DNA from: Gammaproteobacteria bacterium
GTDB lineage: Bacteria > Pseudomonadota > Gammaproteobacteria > GRL18
Direction: 5' to 3'
Length of the DNA stretch: 64,000 bases
Assembly: GCA_026994225.1 (NCBI GenBank)
Contig: JALWRI010000121.1
Location: forward strand, 30,630-94,629
The notes under the pieces are model-generated. The model ran no database searches. It saw only the letters and a program-made list of their open reading frames with translations, and had not been told where the DNA came from. Shown here piece by piece: positions 28,852 through 38,992 of this stretch. Each line of letters starts with the position of its first letter. The stretch's first letter is position 1. The translations under genes were made by a program, and so were the position numbers.

Positions 28852-30531
28852 ATGGAGCAAGATAAAACCCTGGTTCAAAAGTCCTCTTCAGTAGAAGATA
28901 AGCAAATGATTGGTAAGTATGTAATACAGGAAATCCTTGGACAAGGTGCTATGGGTATTGTATATCGAGCGATTGATCCCTTAATTCAGCGTACTGTGGC
29001 ATTAAAAACCATTCGATTTGATGCTTTTTCTCCTTCCCAATTAAAAGAAGTAAGACAACGCTTTTTACATGAAGCACAAGCAGCAGGACGTTTAAATCAT
29101 CAACATATTGTCATATTGTATGATTTTGGGGAAAGTGATGAGATTACGTATCTTGCAATGGAATATGTTGAAGGAACAGAATTACAACATTATCTAAAAA
29201 ATAATCACCGTTTTAGTTTTAGTAAAGTAATTGATATTATTAGTCAAATTCTTGATGGCTTATTATACGTTCACTCCCATAATATTATCCATAGAGATTT
29301 AAAACCGGCAAATATTATGCTGGAAAAAGATGGAAATGTGAAGATAATGGATTTTGGTATAGCGAGAGTGGATACATCGATTTTAACAACGGCAGGGGCT
29401 ATTTTAGGAACACCTAGCTATATGTCTCCTGAACAATGTATGGGAAATATGGTGGATGCTCGTAGTGATCTATTCTCCGTAGGCGTCATTTTATATCAGT
29501 TACTGACCGGAGAAAAACCTTTTTTTGGTGAAAATCCACATACGATTATGCATCGAGTATTACATACTCAACCTGAACCGCCCTCGGTATTAAATATGCA
29601 AATTCCTGCAGAATTTAATGATATAGTCAATAAAGCGATGGCAAAACATCCCGATGAGAGATTTCAATCTGCAGAGGAATTTTTGCAAGCTCTTCATTGT
29701 TTAGCAAAAGGGAGTTTTACAGATAAACCGCCTGTAACGGATACATCGCCAGTAATAGAAAATGGGCAAGAAACGATTGTGGAGGAAAAAAAGACGCTGA
29801 TCTTGGTTAATGAGGATGCCAGCCCTGAAGCTGATCAAATATCAAAACAATATAGTAAAAATAGTAAGGAAAAAAATGCAAGCCGTGGGGTAGGGAAAGG
29901 AGTCGGTTTTTTTATTTTCTTGCTATTAGTTGCAGGAGGTATTGCCTTTTTTTTTCTACAACCAACAAAACAGGGTGAAAAATATCCAATAGAGATACCT
30001 GCAATAGATAAGAGCCATACTCGAGTAACAGTGAATAAAAATAACGATAGCCCCCCACCGACTATTCAGACTGCTGAAAAGAAGACACCTACACTCCCCC
30101 CTGCTACCGAACCTGAACCTGTACCGGTATTAATTAACAGCCCAGAGATAAAAACCCCTGAATCACTTTCTCATACTGAAAAAGATATGTTAATTAAAGA
30201 GGATAACAAACAAACAGTAACAGAACAGGAAGAAATTTTAGAAATTACAGTGGATAAGCATAAACAAGAGCCAAAGACGCAAAGTCAAACAGATACTTCT
30301 AGCACTACCTTGAAAAATAAGATAACGACTGAGCCAATAGTGAAGCCAGTGGCTGAAGAAGAACAAATTAAAGAAGCAGATTTTAATATTAGTGTACCCA
30401 GTATACCTAAATCAGATAATATGGAGTGGCAAGACGTTAAAGAGATAAATAGTTTAGAAAAGGGGAAGCAATGGAAAACCATTGATACAGGAGATGATAG
30501 TTCTTTACCCGTAATAAAATTAGGAGAATAA
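28852..30531 (+). CDS. Transmembrane Ser/Thr protein kinase
   Basis: 'GQGAMGIVY', 'VALKTI', 'HRDLKPANIM', 'DFGIAR', 'GTPSYMSPE'. TM 'GFFIFLLLVAGGIAFFFL'. Confidence 0.92.
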   Translation: MEQDKTLVQKSSSVEDKQMIGKYVIQEILGQGAMGIVYRAIDPLIQRTVALKTIRFDAFSPSQLKEVRQRFLHEAQAAGRLNHQHIVILYDFGESDEITYLAMEYVEGTELQHYLKNNHRFSFSKVIDIISQILDGLLYVHSHNIIHRDLKPANIMLEKDGNVKIMDFGIARVDTSILTTAGAILGTPSYMSPEQCMGNMVDARSDLFSVGVILYQLLTGEKPFFGENPHTIMHRVLHTQPEPPSVLNMQIPAEFNDIVNKAMAKHPDERFQSAEEFLQALHCLAKGSFTDKPPVTDTSPVIENGQETIVEEKKTLILVNEDASPEADQISKQYSKNSKEKNASRGVGKGVGFFIFLLLVAGGIAFFFLQPTKQGEKYPIEIPAIDKSHTRVTVNKNNDSPPPTIQTAEKKTPTLPPATEPEPVPVLINSPEIKTPESLSHTEKDMLIKEDNKQTVTEQEEILEITVDKHKQEPKTQSQTDTSSTTLKNKITTEPIVKPVAEEEQIKEADFNISVPSIPKSDNMEWQDVKEINSLEKGKQWKTIDTGDDSSLPVIKLGE

Positions 30532-30557
30532 CTCTCAATAAGAGATAATAATTAAAT

Positions 30558-33500
30558 ATGAAGCTACACAACACCCCTTTGGGGATACGTTTTTTATTAA
30601 GCATTATCTTACCATTATTATTAGTGATATGGTTTATTAAATATTCTTTGCTTATCATGGAAGATATGTGGGAAAAACAGTATGTGATAGAAAAAAATTA
30701 TATAATTACTGAGCATTTTAGACGTATTCAATTTCTATTCACACAATTAAGTTTGCAACAACGCCAATATTTATGGACAAATCAAACCGCTTTACTAAAT
30801 GAATATCAACGTATTTCCTTAAAATTAGATGAAACGATACAACAAATTATTGTAGCCAATATTGGCGATGAAAAAATTACGCAAGACATAGAAATGGTGC
30901 GTATTTATATACATAATTGGAAAAAATTGGCATTAAAAGAAATTAATCAACGTAAGAAAATACCTGAAAAAGTAATAACGATAAATGATGTGGTGCGCTT
31001 TGTAGAAAAAGGGCAAGGTAAGTTATTTATGGATGATTTACAGGTTGCTTTAGATAATTTGTTAGAAAAAGTAAAAGAGTATAAGCAAGATTTGCTACGT
31101 TATTGGATAATAGCGATCGCTAAAGATATTGCTGATATGGAAGCAGGATTGAAAGGCTATTTATTAATAGGGGAGGATAAATATTTAGAATCTTATAATA
31201 ATGCTCAAATTACGTTTAGAAATAATTTATCTAATTTACGCAGTCTATTAAAAGGAGACTATGAAGACGAAACCTATGAATTAGATGTGCTATTATCCAG
31301 CTGGATAAAAAATATTGCGGAAAAACAAATTGAATACCGTAAAAAGATAAATAAGAAGGTATTGACATTACAATATCTTGCAACGCAAGTAAAGAATAAT
31401 ATGTACCAAAATATTTTTTCCAGCCTAAATGAGAATATTCAAAATATACTAATTAAATATACTAATCAAAGAAAGGAAATTATTGATCAGCTTGCAAGCA
31501 ATAAAGAAACTATCAAGCAGGATATTATTTTATTAGGTTCATTGATTATTATATTTAGCTTATTATTGCTATGGATTAGTATTCGTAGTGTTATACAGCC
31601 AATAAGAAAGTTGGTTTATATTACAAAAGAAGTTGCCAACGGTAATCTAAGTATTCGAACGCATATTAGCTCTCAAGATGAAATTGGACAACTTTCCAGG
31701 CAGCTGGATAAAATGTTAGCAGAATTAGAAGAAAACAGGAAAAAAGTAGAAGTTGAACAGCAAGAACGTGAAGCAGCAGTACAAAAATTACAAAACATTT
31801 TAGTAGAACGAGAGGAATATAATTGGTTAAAGACACAGTTAGCAAGTATCACCCAGTTATCACAAGGAATAAAAGAAACCAAAGTGTTAGCACAAAAAAT
31901 TATAGCCCTGATAGCTAAACAAGTAGAAGCTGCACAAGGGGTGTTTTATATGATTAATATCGCAGAAAATAAAGAACCATCATATTCATTATTAGGTAGT
32001 TATGCCTATACACACAGAAAGCATATCAATAATAAAATTATGCCAGGAGAGGGATTAGTTGGACAATGTATAGTCGAAAAAGAAAATATTATTTTAACGC
32101 AAGTCCCTAATGATTATGTAGTTATCTCTTCCGGTTTAGGAGAAGCAAAGCCTTTGATGATTATGGTATTACCAATATTATTTGAGGGGCAAGTAGTAGG
32201 GGTTATTGAGCTATCTACCTTTACAGTTTTTACCGATTTACAGCAACATTTACTAAATGAAATTACTCAAAATATGGGAGTCATTATTAACAGTATTTTA
32301 AATCAGGAAAAAACAGCAGTATTATTATTAGAATCACAGCAGTTAACGTTAGAATCACAGATGAAAACAGAAGAGCTGCAAGTTCAAACAGAGGAATTAC
32401 AGTATCAAAGTAAATGTTTAAAGCAGGCAAATCAAGAATTACAGGAAAAAACCACTGTCTTGGAACAACAAAAAGAAGAAATTGAAGAATCGAAAAAAAT
32501 TATTCAAATTAAAGTACAGGAATTAGAACAAACAAGCCGATATAAATCTGAATTTTTAGCGAATATGTCGCATGAATTGAGAACACCGCTAAATAGTTTA
32601 TTGATTTTATCTAAAATCTTATCAGATAATGAAGAAGGTAATTTAACACCAGAGCAGGTACATTCTGCAAAGGTCATTTATGAAGGAGGACAAGATTTAC
32701 TCAATTTAATTAATGATATTTTAGATTTATCCAAAATTGAAGCACATAAATTACAGTTATCTATTGAGAATGTAGCTTTAGATACGATACTCAATAATAT
32801 AGAGAGAATGTGTCGACCTTTAGCAGAGAACAAACATTTAGATTTTAGAATAGAAAAAATTCCACCTTTACATGAATACCTTAAAACGGATGCAAAACGT
32901 GTAGAACAAATATTGCGTAATTTATTGGCCAATGCAGTAAAATTTACGCACACTGGTGCGGTGACTCTGAGTGTAAAAATGGATCAAAACAAACAATGTA
33001 TAGGATTTATTGTAAGTGATACAGGAATAGGGATCGCTAAGGATAAATATCAAATTATTTTTGAAGCATTTCAACAATCAGATGGTTCAATTAGCCGCAG
33101 TTTTGGAGGCACAGGATTAGGTTTAACTATTTCTAAAGTATTAACGGAGTTGTTGCAAGGACGTATAGAGTTAAGTAGTGAAGAAAATGTGGGAAGTACC
33201 TTTATTTTGTGGTTACCATTACAAGAAGAATCTCCTACAGCAATGACAATAGAAGAAAATACCCCTATAGATAAGGAAATAAATATTGAAACAGATAAAC
33301 AGGATGCACATCAAGGTACATTATTAATTTATGAAACCAACCCAAAGTTAGTCAGTTTGTTAATGGAAATATCACAGCAAAAAGGTTATCAATGTGTAAG
33401 GGTAGATCATCCAGAGGATATACAAAATATAGCTAAAAGATGTCATCCTGACGCAATAATAATGAGTAAAGCAAATAAAGAAGAGATATTTAAACAACTT

Positions 33501-34454
33501 CCAAAAGAGAATATGTTGCAATCAATACCCCTTCATCTTATTGATGAAGAGATATTGCAACACAATATGATTAATTACTTAACTAAACCGGTTAACACCG
33601 ATGCAGTCGTACAGCTATTACATAAAATAGAGCAGCAAATAGATAATAATATTAAAAAAATATTAGTAGTAGAAGATGATAGAAATAGTCAACAAGCCAT
33701 AATAGAGATAATAAAAAGTCAAGGGGAATACCATATCACTACAGTAGAAAATGCAGAAAAGGCTTATACTCATATTTCACAAGAGCATTATGATTGTATT
33801 ATTGTAGATTTAAGTTTACCTGATATGAATGGCGATCAGTTATTAGAACAATTATATTCTGAAAATAAACACTTACCTCCTGTTATTGTTTACACTGCGA
33901 AAGATTTAGATATAGATGAGTATAACAGTTTACAACAATATGCAAGTAGTATCGTTATCAAAGGAGATAATTCCTATCAACGTTTACTCGATGAACTTTC
34001 ATTATTTCTTGTTGATTTAGAAAATAAAGACAGTACGTCTTATGTATCGGAACAAGCAAAGAAAGATAGGCTATTTATAAATAAAAAAATATTATTAGTG
34101 GATGATGATATTCGTAATACCTTTGCCCTATCAGGCGTATTAGCACGCTATGGTTTAGATGTAGAAGTAGCAGAGAATGGACAAAAGGCATTGGATAAAT
34201 TACAAGAAGATACAGCAGTGCATTATGATTTGATTTTAATGGATATTATGATGCCAGTTATGGATGGATATGAGACCATTCAACATATTCGTACCCTGCC
34301 TGAAGGTAAAAATATTCCCATTATTGCATTAACAGCAAAAGCAATGAAAGGGGATGATAAAAAATGTATTGATGTTGGAGCGAATGATTATTTAACCAAG
34401 CCGATAGATATGGATAAATTATTATCTATACTGTACGTATGGTTAGCGAAGTAA
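30558..34454 (+). CDS. Hybrid sensor histidine kinase: CHASE3-TM-HAMP-coiled coil-GAF-HisKA-HATPase-(pseudo-REC)-REC-REC
   Basis: 'GYLLIGEDKYLESY' (CHASE3-like), HAMP 'IQPIRKLVYITKEVANGNL', GAF 'GEGLVGQC', H-box 'MSHELRTPLNS', 'GTGLGLTISK'. Two receivers with DD...D...K ('VVEDD..DLSLPDMNG', 'LVDDD..MDIMMPVMDG..TAKA'). Confidence 0.9.
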   Translation: MKLHNTPLGIRFLLSIILPLLLVIWFIKYSLLIMEDMWEKQYVIEKNYIITEHFRRIQFLFTQLSLQQRQYLWTNQTALLNEYQRISLKLDETIQQIIVANIGDEKITQDIEMVRIYIHNWKKLALKEINQRKKIPEKVITINDVVRFVEKGQGKLFMDDLQVALDNLLEKVKEYKQDLLRYWIIAIAKDIADMEAGLKGYLLIGEDKYLESYNNAQITFRNNLSNLRSLLKGDYEDETYELDVLLSSWIKNIAEKQIEYRKKINKKVLTLQYLATQVKNNMYQNIFSSLNENIQNILIKYTNQRKEIIDQLASNKETIKQDIILLGSLIIIFSLLLLWISIRSVIQPIRKLVYITKEVANGNLSIRTHISSQDEIGQLSRQLDKMLAELEENRKKVEVEQQEREAAVQKLQNILVEREEYNWLKTQLASITQLSQGIKETKVLAQKIIALIAKQVEAAQGVFYMINIAENKEPSYSLLGSYAYTHRKHINNKIMPGEGLVGQCIVEKENIILTQVPNDYVVISSGLGEAKPLMIMVLPILFEGQVVGVIELSTFTVFTDLQQHLLNEITQNMGVIINSILNQEKTAVLLLESQQLTLESQMKTEELQVQTEELQYQSKCLKQANQELQEKTTVLEQQKEEIEESKKIIQIKVQELEQTSRYKSEFLANMSHELRTPLNSLLILSKILSDNEEGNLTPEQVHSAKVIYEGGQDLLNLINDILDLSKIEAHKLQLSIENVALDTILNNIERMCRPLAENKHLDFRIEKIPPLHEYLKTDAKRVEQILRNLLANAVKFTHTGAVTLSVKMDQNKQCIGFIVSDTGIGIAKDKYQIIFEAFQQSDGSISRSFGGTGLGLTISKVLTELLQGRIELSSEENVGSTFILWLPLQEESPTAMTIEENTPIDKEINIETDKQDAHQGTLLIYETNPKLVSLLMEISQQKGYQCVRVDHPEDIQNIAKRCHPDAIIMSKANKEEIFKQLPKENMLQSIPLHLIDEEILQHNMINYLTKPVNTDAVVQLLHKIEQQIDNNIKKILVVEDDRNSQQAIIEIIKSQGEYHITTVENAEKAYTHISQEHYDCIIVDLSLPDMNGDQLLEQLYSENKHLPPVIVYTAKDLDIDEYNSLQQYASSIVIKGDNSYQRLLDELSLFLVDLENKDSTSYVSEQAKKDRLFINKKILLVDDDIRNTFALSGVLARYGLDVEVAENGQKALDKLQEDTAVHYDLILMDIMMPVMDGYETIQHIRTLPEGKNIPIIALTAKAMKGDDKKCIDVGANDYLTKPIDMDKLLSILYVWLAK

Positions 34455-35290
34455 AAAGTGGTATGTGTGACAAGGACAATAAGCATATACATTATGAAAT
34501 AGAGCTGTTATTAAATGCCTTATATCATAGTAGTGGTTATGATTTTAGAGAATATGCCCGTGCCTCTTTAAAACGTCGTTTGTTGCAACGCTTGGCAAAT
34601 GAAAATTTACAATATCTCTCTCAGATGCTTCCACTTATACTCTATGATAGTGCTTTTCAGCATAAAATATTAATGGATTTATCTATTAATGTAACGGATA
34701 TGTTTCGTGATCCTGATTTTTTTTTAGCCTTACGTAAAGATATTATTCCAATATTAAAAACGTATCCCTTTGTTAATATTTGGCACGCTGGATGTGCAAC
34801 AGGGGAGGAGGTTTATTCTATGGCAATTATTTTAGCAGAGGAAGGCTTTTATGATAAAGTAAATATTTACGCCACAGACTGTAATGCAAAAATAATACAA
34901 GAAGCTAAACAAGGAATTTATCCAGTACATAGAATACAGCAGTTTACTGAAAATTATCATATTGCTGGGGGACGTCACCATTTTTCCAAGTATTATCATA
35001 GTAAATATCAGCAGGCAAAAATAGATGAAGGATTAAAAAAGAATATTATTTTTGCTAGTCATAATTTAGTTTCTGACCATATATTTGCAAAAATGCAGCT
35101 TATTATTTGTCGTAATGTGATGATTTATTTTAATCAAACATTAAAAGATAAAGTGCTACAACTTTTTTTCAATAGTCTTACATATAAAGGTTTTCTTTGT
35201 TTGGGAAAAAAAGAAACCTTAAATTTTTCCAATACAGAAGCGTGTTTTACTCCTTACAGAGAAACTGAGCGGATTTATCAAAAAAAATAG
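34439..35290 (+). CDS. cheR: CheR-type protein-glutamate O-methyltransferase
   Basis: 'TDMFRDPDFF', 'IWHAGCATGEEVYS' and 'IICRNVMIYFN'. Overlaps the kinase stop by 16 nt. Confidence 0.85.
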   Translation: MVSEVKSGMCDKDNKHIHYEIELLLNALYHSSGYDFREYARASLKRRLLQRLANENLQYLSQMLPLILYDSAFQHKILMDLSINVTDMFRDPDFFLALRKDIIPILKTYPFVNIWHAGCATGEEVYSMAIILAEEGFYDKVNIYATDCNAKIIQEAKQGIYPVHRIQQFTENYHIAGGRHHFSKYYHSKYQQAKIDEGLKKNIIFASHNLVSDHIFAKMQLIICRNVMIYFNQTLKDKVLQLFFNSLTYKGFLCLGKKETLNFSNTEACFTPYRETERIYQKK

Positions 35291-35293
35291 TGT

Positions 35294-36160
35294 TTAGGGA
35301 TCGATCATTGCGATAGTATTTCCCATATAAAGATGAGAACCTGCATGAAAATGCGTATTCCAATGTAGATCAGGATGATTAAAAAGGAGTATCACGGTAG
35401 ATCCCATATTGAAACGTCCCATTTCTGTACCCCGTTCAAGGGTAATGTTGTCTGTGGGAGTATAACTCCATCGTTGTATGTGTTTTTGGCTAGGTGGAGT
35501 AACAACACCATGCCAGATTGTTTCGATACTGGCAACAAAAATAGCACCCACTAAAATCATTGCCATTTCACCCCATGGTGTGTCAAAAATACAGATAATC
35601 CGTTCATTGCGAGCAAATAAAGCAGGTATAGTACGAACTGAAGCAGGGTTCACACTAAATAATTTTCCTGGAACGTGTATCATCTGTTTTAATGTTCCGG
35701 TAATCGGCATGTGGATACGATGATAATCTTTAGGTGATAAATAAAGGGTAGCAAATTGACCGCCTTGAAACTGATGAGATAAGGTGTCATCGGCAAGTAA
35801 TTGCGTTAGTTGATAAGATTGTCCTTTTGCTTGATAAAGCGTGTGATGTTCAATATGTCCCCATTCACTGATACAGCCATCTACGGGAGAGATAATATGT
35901 TCATCTTGAGAAGAAAAAGGACGGCTATTGGGTTTTAATTCTCGGGTAAAAAAAGCATTAAAGTGACGATAATAATTGCTATCGGGATGCCGTGCATCAA
36001 GCATATTGATATTATAACTTTTGATAAAGCGGTTAATAAACAGTTTGGAAAAAGAGGTACGTGTAAGATATAAAATAATACGAGATAAAGTATGTTGAGG
36101 TAAAAGGTAATGAGGCCAAACTTTTATTTTATCAATAAGAGATGTGATTGTTGTACGCAT
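35294..36160 (-). CDS. psd: Phosphatidylserine decarboxylase proenzyme
   Basis: 'YLSPKDYHRIHMP' and the self-cleavage region 'FNMGSTVILLF'. Confidence 0.93.
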   Translation of the reverse strand: MRTTITSLIDKIKVWPHYLLPQHTLSRIILYLTRTSFSKLFINRFIKSYNINMLDARHPDSNYYRHFNAFFTRELKPNSRPFSSQDEHIISPVDGCISEWGHIEHHTLYQAKGQSYQLTQLLADDTLSHQFQGGQFATLYLSPKDYHRIHMPITGTLKQMIHVPGKLFSVNPASVRTIPALFARNERIICIFDTPWGEMAMILVGAIFVASIETIWHGVVTPPSQKHIQRWSYTPTDNITLERGTEMGRFNMGSTVILLFNHPDLHWNTHFHAGSHLYMGNTIAMIDP

Positions 36161-36244
36161 AGGGAAAATGAACCAGGTTAAATATCAATTAAGGTGTCGT
36201 TGAGTGGTAAATATGGTTGTTTGCTAGTCGTCGCTTTGTTCTTT

Positions 36245-36445
36245 TTACTCCCTGCTTTGGGGTGAACTACCCGCCCCTAAAGGAGTGGGTAGTTCACTGA
36301 GGTATTCACCTTTGGTAAATTCACAAAGTTTCATTTTTGTTGTCATTTCATGGATGATCTGATCATCTAATTCCAAAAAAAGACTCACTCCAGAAAGGAA
36401 TATAGTATCATCATTAATATCAAAGGGGATGTTAGTGGTAATCAT
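36245..36445 (-). pseudogene. N-terminal fragment of a cyclic-nucleotide-binding-like protein ending inside a palindromic repeat
   Basis: 'FLSGVSLFLELDDQIIHEMTTKMKLCEFTKGEYL' fits the start of a CNB domain. The ORF then reads 'SELPTPLGAGSSPQSRE*', encoded by repeat 36262-36297. Confidence 0.45.
36262..36297. repeat. Palindromic repeat GTGAACTACCC-gcccctaaaggagt-GGGTAGTTCAC
   Basis: 11-bp perfect arms. 23/24 nt match the reverse complement of 25892-25915. Confidence 0.9.
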
Positions 36446-36570
36446 TTGACCTGTACTAATAGTAGATAAATTTTAGAAAGCTTACAAAAGCTGTTACATA
36501 TAACCTAAATAACATAGAATAGTCAACTTATTGTTAAAATAGCGTCAATGACCATTAAGCTAAAGATGCA

Positions 36571-38919
36571 GTGGTTTTTTCGCAGAAAATTGATAAAAGA
36601 GATCATTTATTGATAATGTTAGAACAGTATTTACAGTGGTTATGGCGTTGGCATAAATGGCTGGTGATAGTGTCTATGATAGCCCTTGTGGTCTTGTCAT
36701 TAGGGATATTACAGTTACATATTAGTCGTGATTTACGAGTCTATTTTAGCCATGATAATACCCATATTAAAAATTTTGAAGTATTAGAGAGTATATACCA
36801 TAAACAAGATACCTTGGTTTTTTTAATTGATCCGCAAGCAGGGGATAACGGGATTTTTTCAGAAAAGAGTTTACGTTTAATTACCGAGTTGACCGAACAA
36901 GCCTGGAAAATTCCTTATTCTCAGCGAGTTACTTCTCTTGGTAATTATTTATATACCAGAGCAACAGAAGATAGTTTGGAAACACGAGAATTAATTTCTT
37001 TTGATACTGATTTAAGCAGTGCTAGAGAGCGGCAGAAAATTCAAACGATAGCACTTGAAGAATATGAATTGCGTCATAATTTAATTGCTGCGGATGCACA
37101 AGTGAGTGTAGTGATTGTAAATATAGCATTGCCAGAAAATGATAGCGATACTACTGCGGCGCAAAAAACGATTGATTATGCACAAATGATGTTAAGGCAC
37201 TATAAGACAACATATCCGCAGATCAATATACTCTTGTCCGGTTCAACCATATTTAATCATACGATGGGAGAAGCAGTAAAAGATGACATTATGCATTTAG
37301 CGGGATTGAGCTATGGATTAATTATTATCGGATTATTTATCTTTTTACGCAGCTTATCGGGTACGGTGTTAATTGTGACGATTATAGCTGCTTCTGCTAT
37401 GACAACAATGGGATTTTTTGGCTATTTAGGGTATCACTTATCGCCGGTTGCAGGATTTATCCCAACGGCTGTGATGACGATTGCCGTAGCAGACACTATT
37501 CATATATTAGTCACTTATTATTATGAAATTCAGCAAGGCAAGGATAAACAGCAGGCACTAGAAAATGCTATGTATATCAATGCCTGGCCTATTTTTATTA
37601 CCAGTGTTACAACAATGATAGGGGTTTTATGTTTACAATTTATTGATTCGCCCCCTTATCAAGATTTAGGACAAATGATAGCTTTTGGTGTGTTTATGGC
37701 TTATCTATTAGCTATGAGCTTCCTGCCTGCAATGTTGGTATGGTTGCCTAAACCAAAGCGAAAAGCCGTCTTGCAATGGCAAAAAATGGATAATTTTGCA
37801 CAATGGATTATATATTACCAAAAGCAATTATTTTGGGGCATTATTGTTCTGGTGGTGATATTTGCAAGTCAAATTGGTGAAAATAAGTTAACAGAAAGAT
37901 GGCATGAATATTTTGATAAGAGTTTTTCTGTTCGTCAGGCAGTGGAAATCATTAATAATAAGTTATCGGGCGCACATCGTGTATTATATAGTATTCAAAG
38001 TGGCGAAAAGGAAGGCATTAGTAACCCTGCTTATTTGCAACAGATAGATCAATTATCGCAATGGTATAGACAACAAGCAGGAGTGGTATATGTAACCAGC
38101 TTAGTGGATATAATAAAAAAACTCAATCAGTTGTTACATGATAATGATCCCAAATGGTATCGTGTTCCAGATAATAAACCGTTAATTGCACAAATTTTAT
38201 TGCTATATGAAATGTCATTACCTCAAGGTATGGGTTTAGATAATATTATTGCCGTTGATCGTAGTCAGATATTGTTAGCGGTAACAGTGAAAAAAACCGA
38301 TTCACAGCAATTACTGGACTTGGATCAACAAGCACAACATTGGTGGCAACAACATAGCCATTTTCCAGCAATACAAGGAACGGGTATGGATATCGTCTTT
38401 GCAAATATGATATACAATATTATACAAGGCTTATTACAAGGGGTGAGTGTTGCTTTTATTCTCATTTCTTTATTATTAATGTTGGCATTACGTTCTGTTA
38501 AAATGGGGGTAATTAGTTTAATTCCCAATATTTTACCAGCGATGTTAGCGTATGGTATATGGAGTATATGGAAAGGGTATATTGATACCTCGGCAGCAAT
38601 TGTTGTGTGTGTAGCACTAGGTCTCATTGTAGATGATACCGTGCATTTTTTAACAAAATATCAATATGCCAGAAAACACCAACACTGTGATGCAAAAGCA
38701 GCTATACGTTATGCATTCAATACAGTAGGAGTAGCGTTATGTATTACTTCCATTGCTCTAGTAGCAGGATTTATGGTGATGTTATTATCACATTTTACAC
38801 CAAGTAATGTCTTGGGTAGTTTATTATCTCTAACAATCAGTATAGCCTTATTTATTGATTTATTCTTTTTACCTCCATTATTAATTCGTGTCGACAAATA
38901 TCTGTCGAAAACAACATAA
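36571..38919 (+). CDS. RND-superfamily (MMPL/HpnN-like) exporter with 12 predicted TM segments
   Basis: 782 aa with a GTG start. Two repeats of one TM, a large loop and five TM, with SSD-like 'LVDDTVHFL'. Confidence 0.75.
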   Translation: MVFSQKIDKRDHLLIMLEQYLQWLWRWHKWLVIVSMIALVVLSLGILQLHISRDLRVYFSHDNTHIKNFEVLESIYHKQDTLVFLIDPQAGDNGIFSEKSLRLITELTEQAWKIPYSQRVTSLGNYLYTRATEDSLETRELISFDTDLSSARERQKIQTIALEEYELRHNLIAADAQVSVVIVNIALPENDSDTTAAQKTIDYAQMMLRHYKTTYPQINILLSGSTIFNHTMGEAVKDDIMHLAGLSYGLIIIGLFIFLRSLSGTVLIVTIIAASAMTTMGFFGYLGYHLSPVAGFIPTAVMTIAVADTIHILVTYYYEIQQGKDKQQALENAMYINAWPIFITSVTTMIGVLCLQFIDSPPYQDLGQMIAFGVFMAYLLAMSFLPAMLVWLPKPKRKAVLQWQKMDNFAQWIIYYQKQLFWGIIVLVVIFASQIGENKLTERWHEYFDKSFSVRQAVEIINNKLSGAHRVLYSIQSGEKEGISNPAYLQQIDQLSQWYRQQAGVVYVTSLVDIIKKLNQLLHDNDPKWYRVPDNKPLIAQILLLYEMSLPQGMGLDNIIAVDRSQILLAVTVKKTDSQQLLDLDQQAQHWWQQHSHFPAIQGTGMDIVFANMIYNIIQGLLQGVSVAFILISLLLMLALRSVKMGVISLIPNILPAMLAYGIWSIWKGYIDTSAAIVVCVALGLIVDDTVHFLTKYQYARKHQHCDAKAAIRYAFNTVGVALCITSIALVAGFMVMLLSHFTPSNVLGSLLSLTISIALFIDLFFLPPLLIRVDKYLSKTT

Positions 38920-38992
38920 TTAGCTGGTTGCATTTAGTGACTATTGTAGCTTATAGTTACACCCTTTCTATCTATCTAACAACAAGTGTGCT

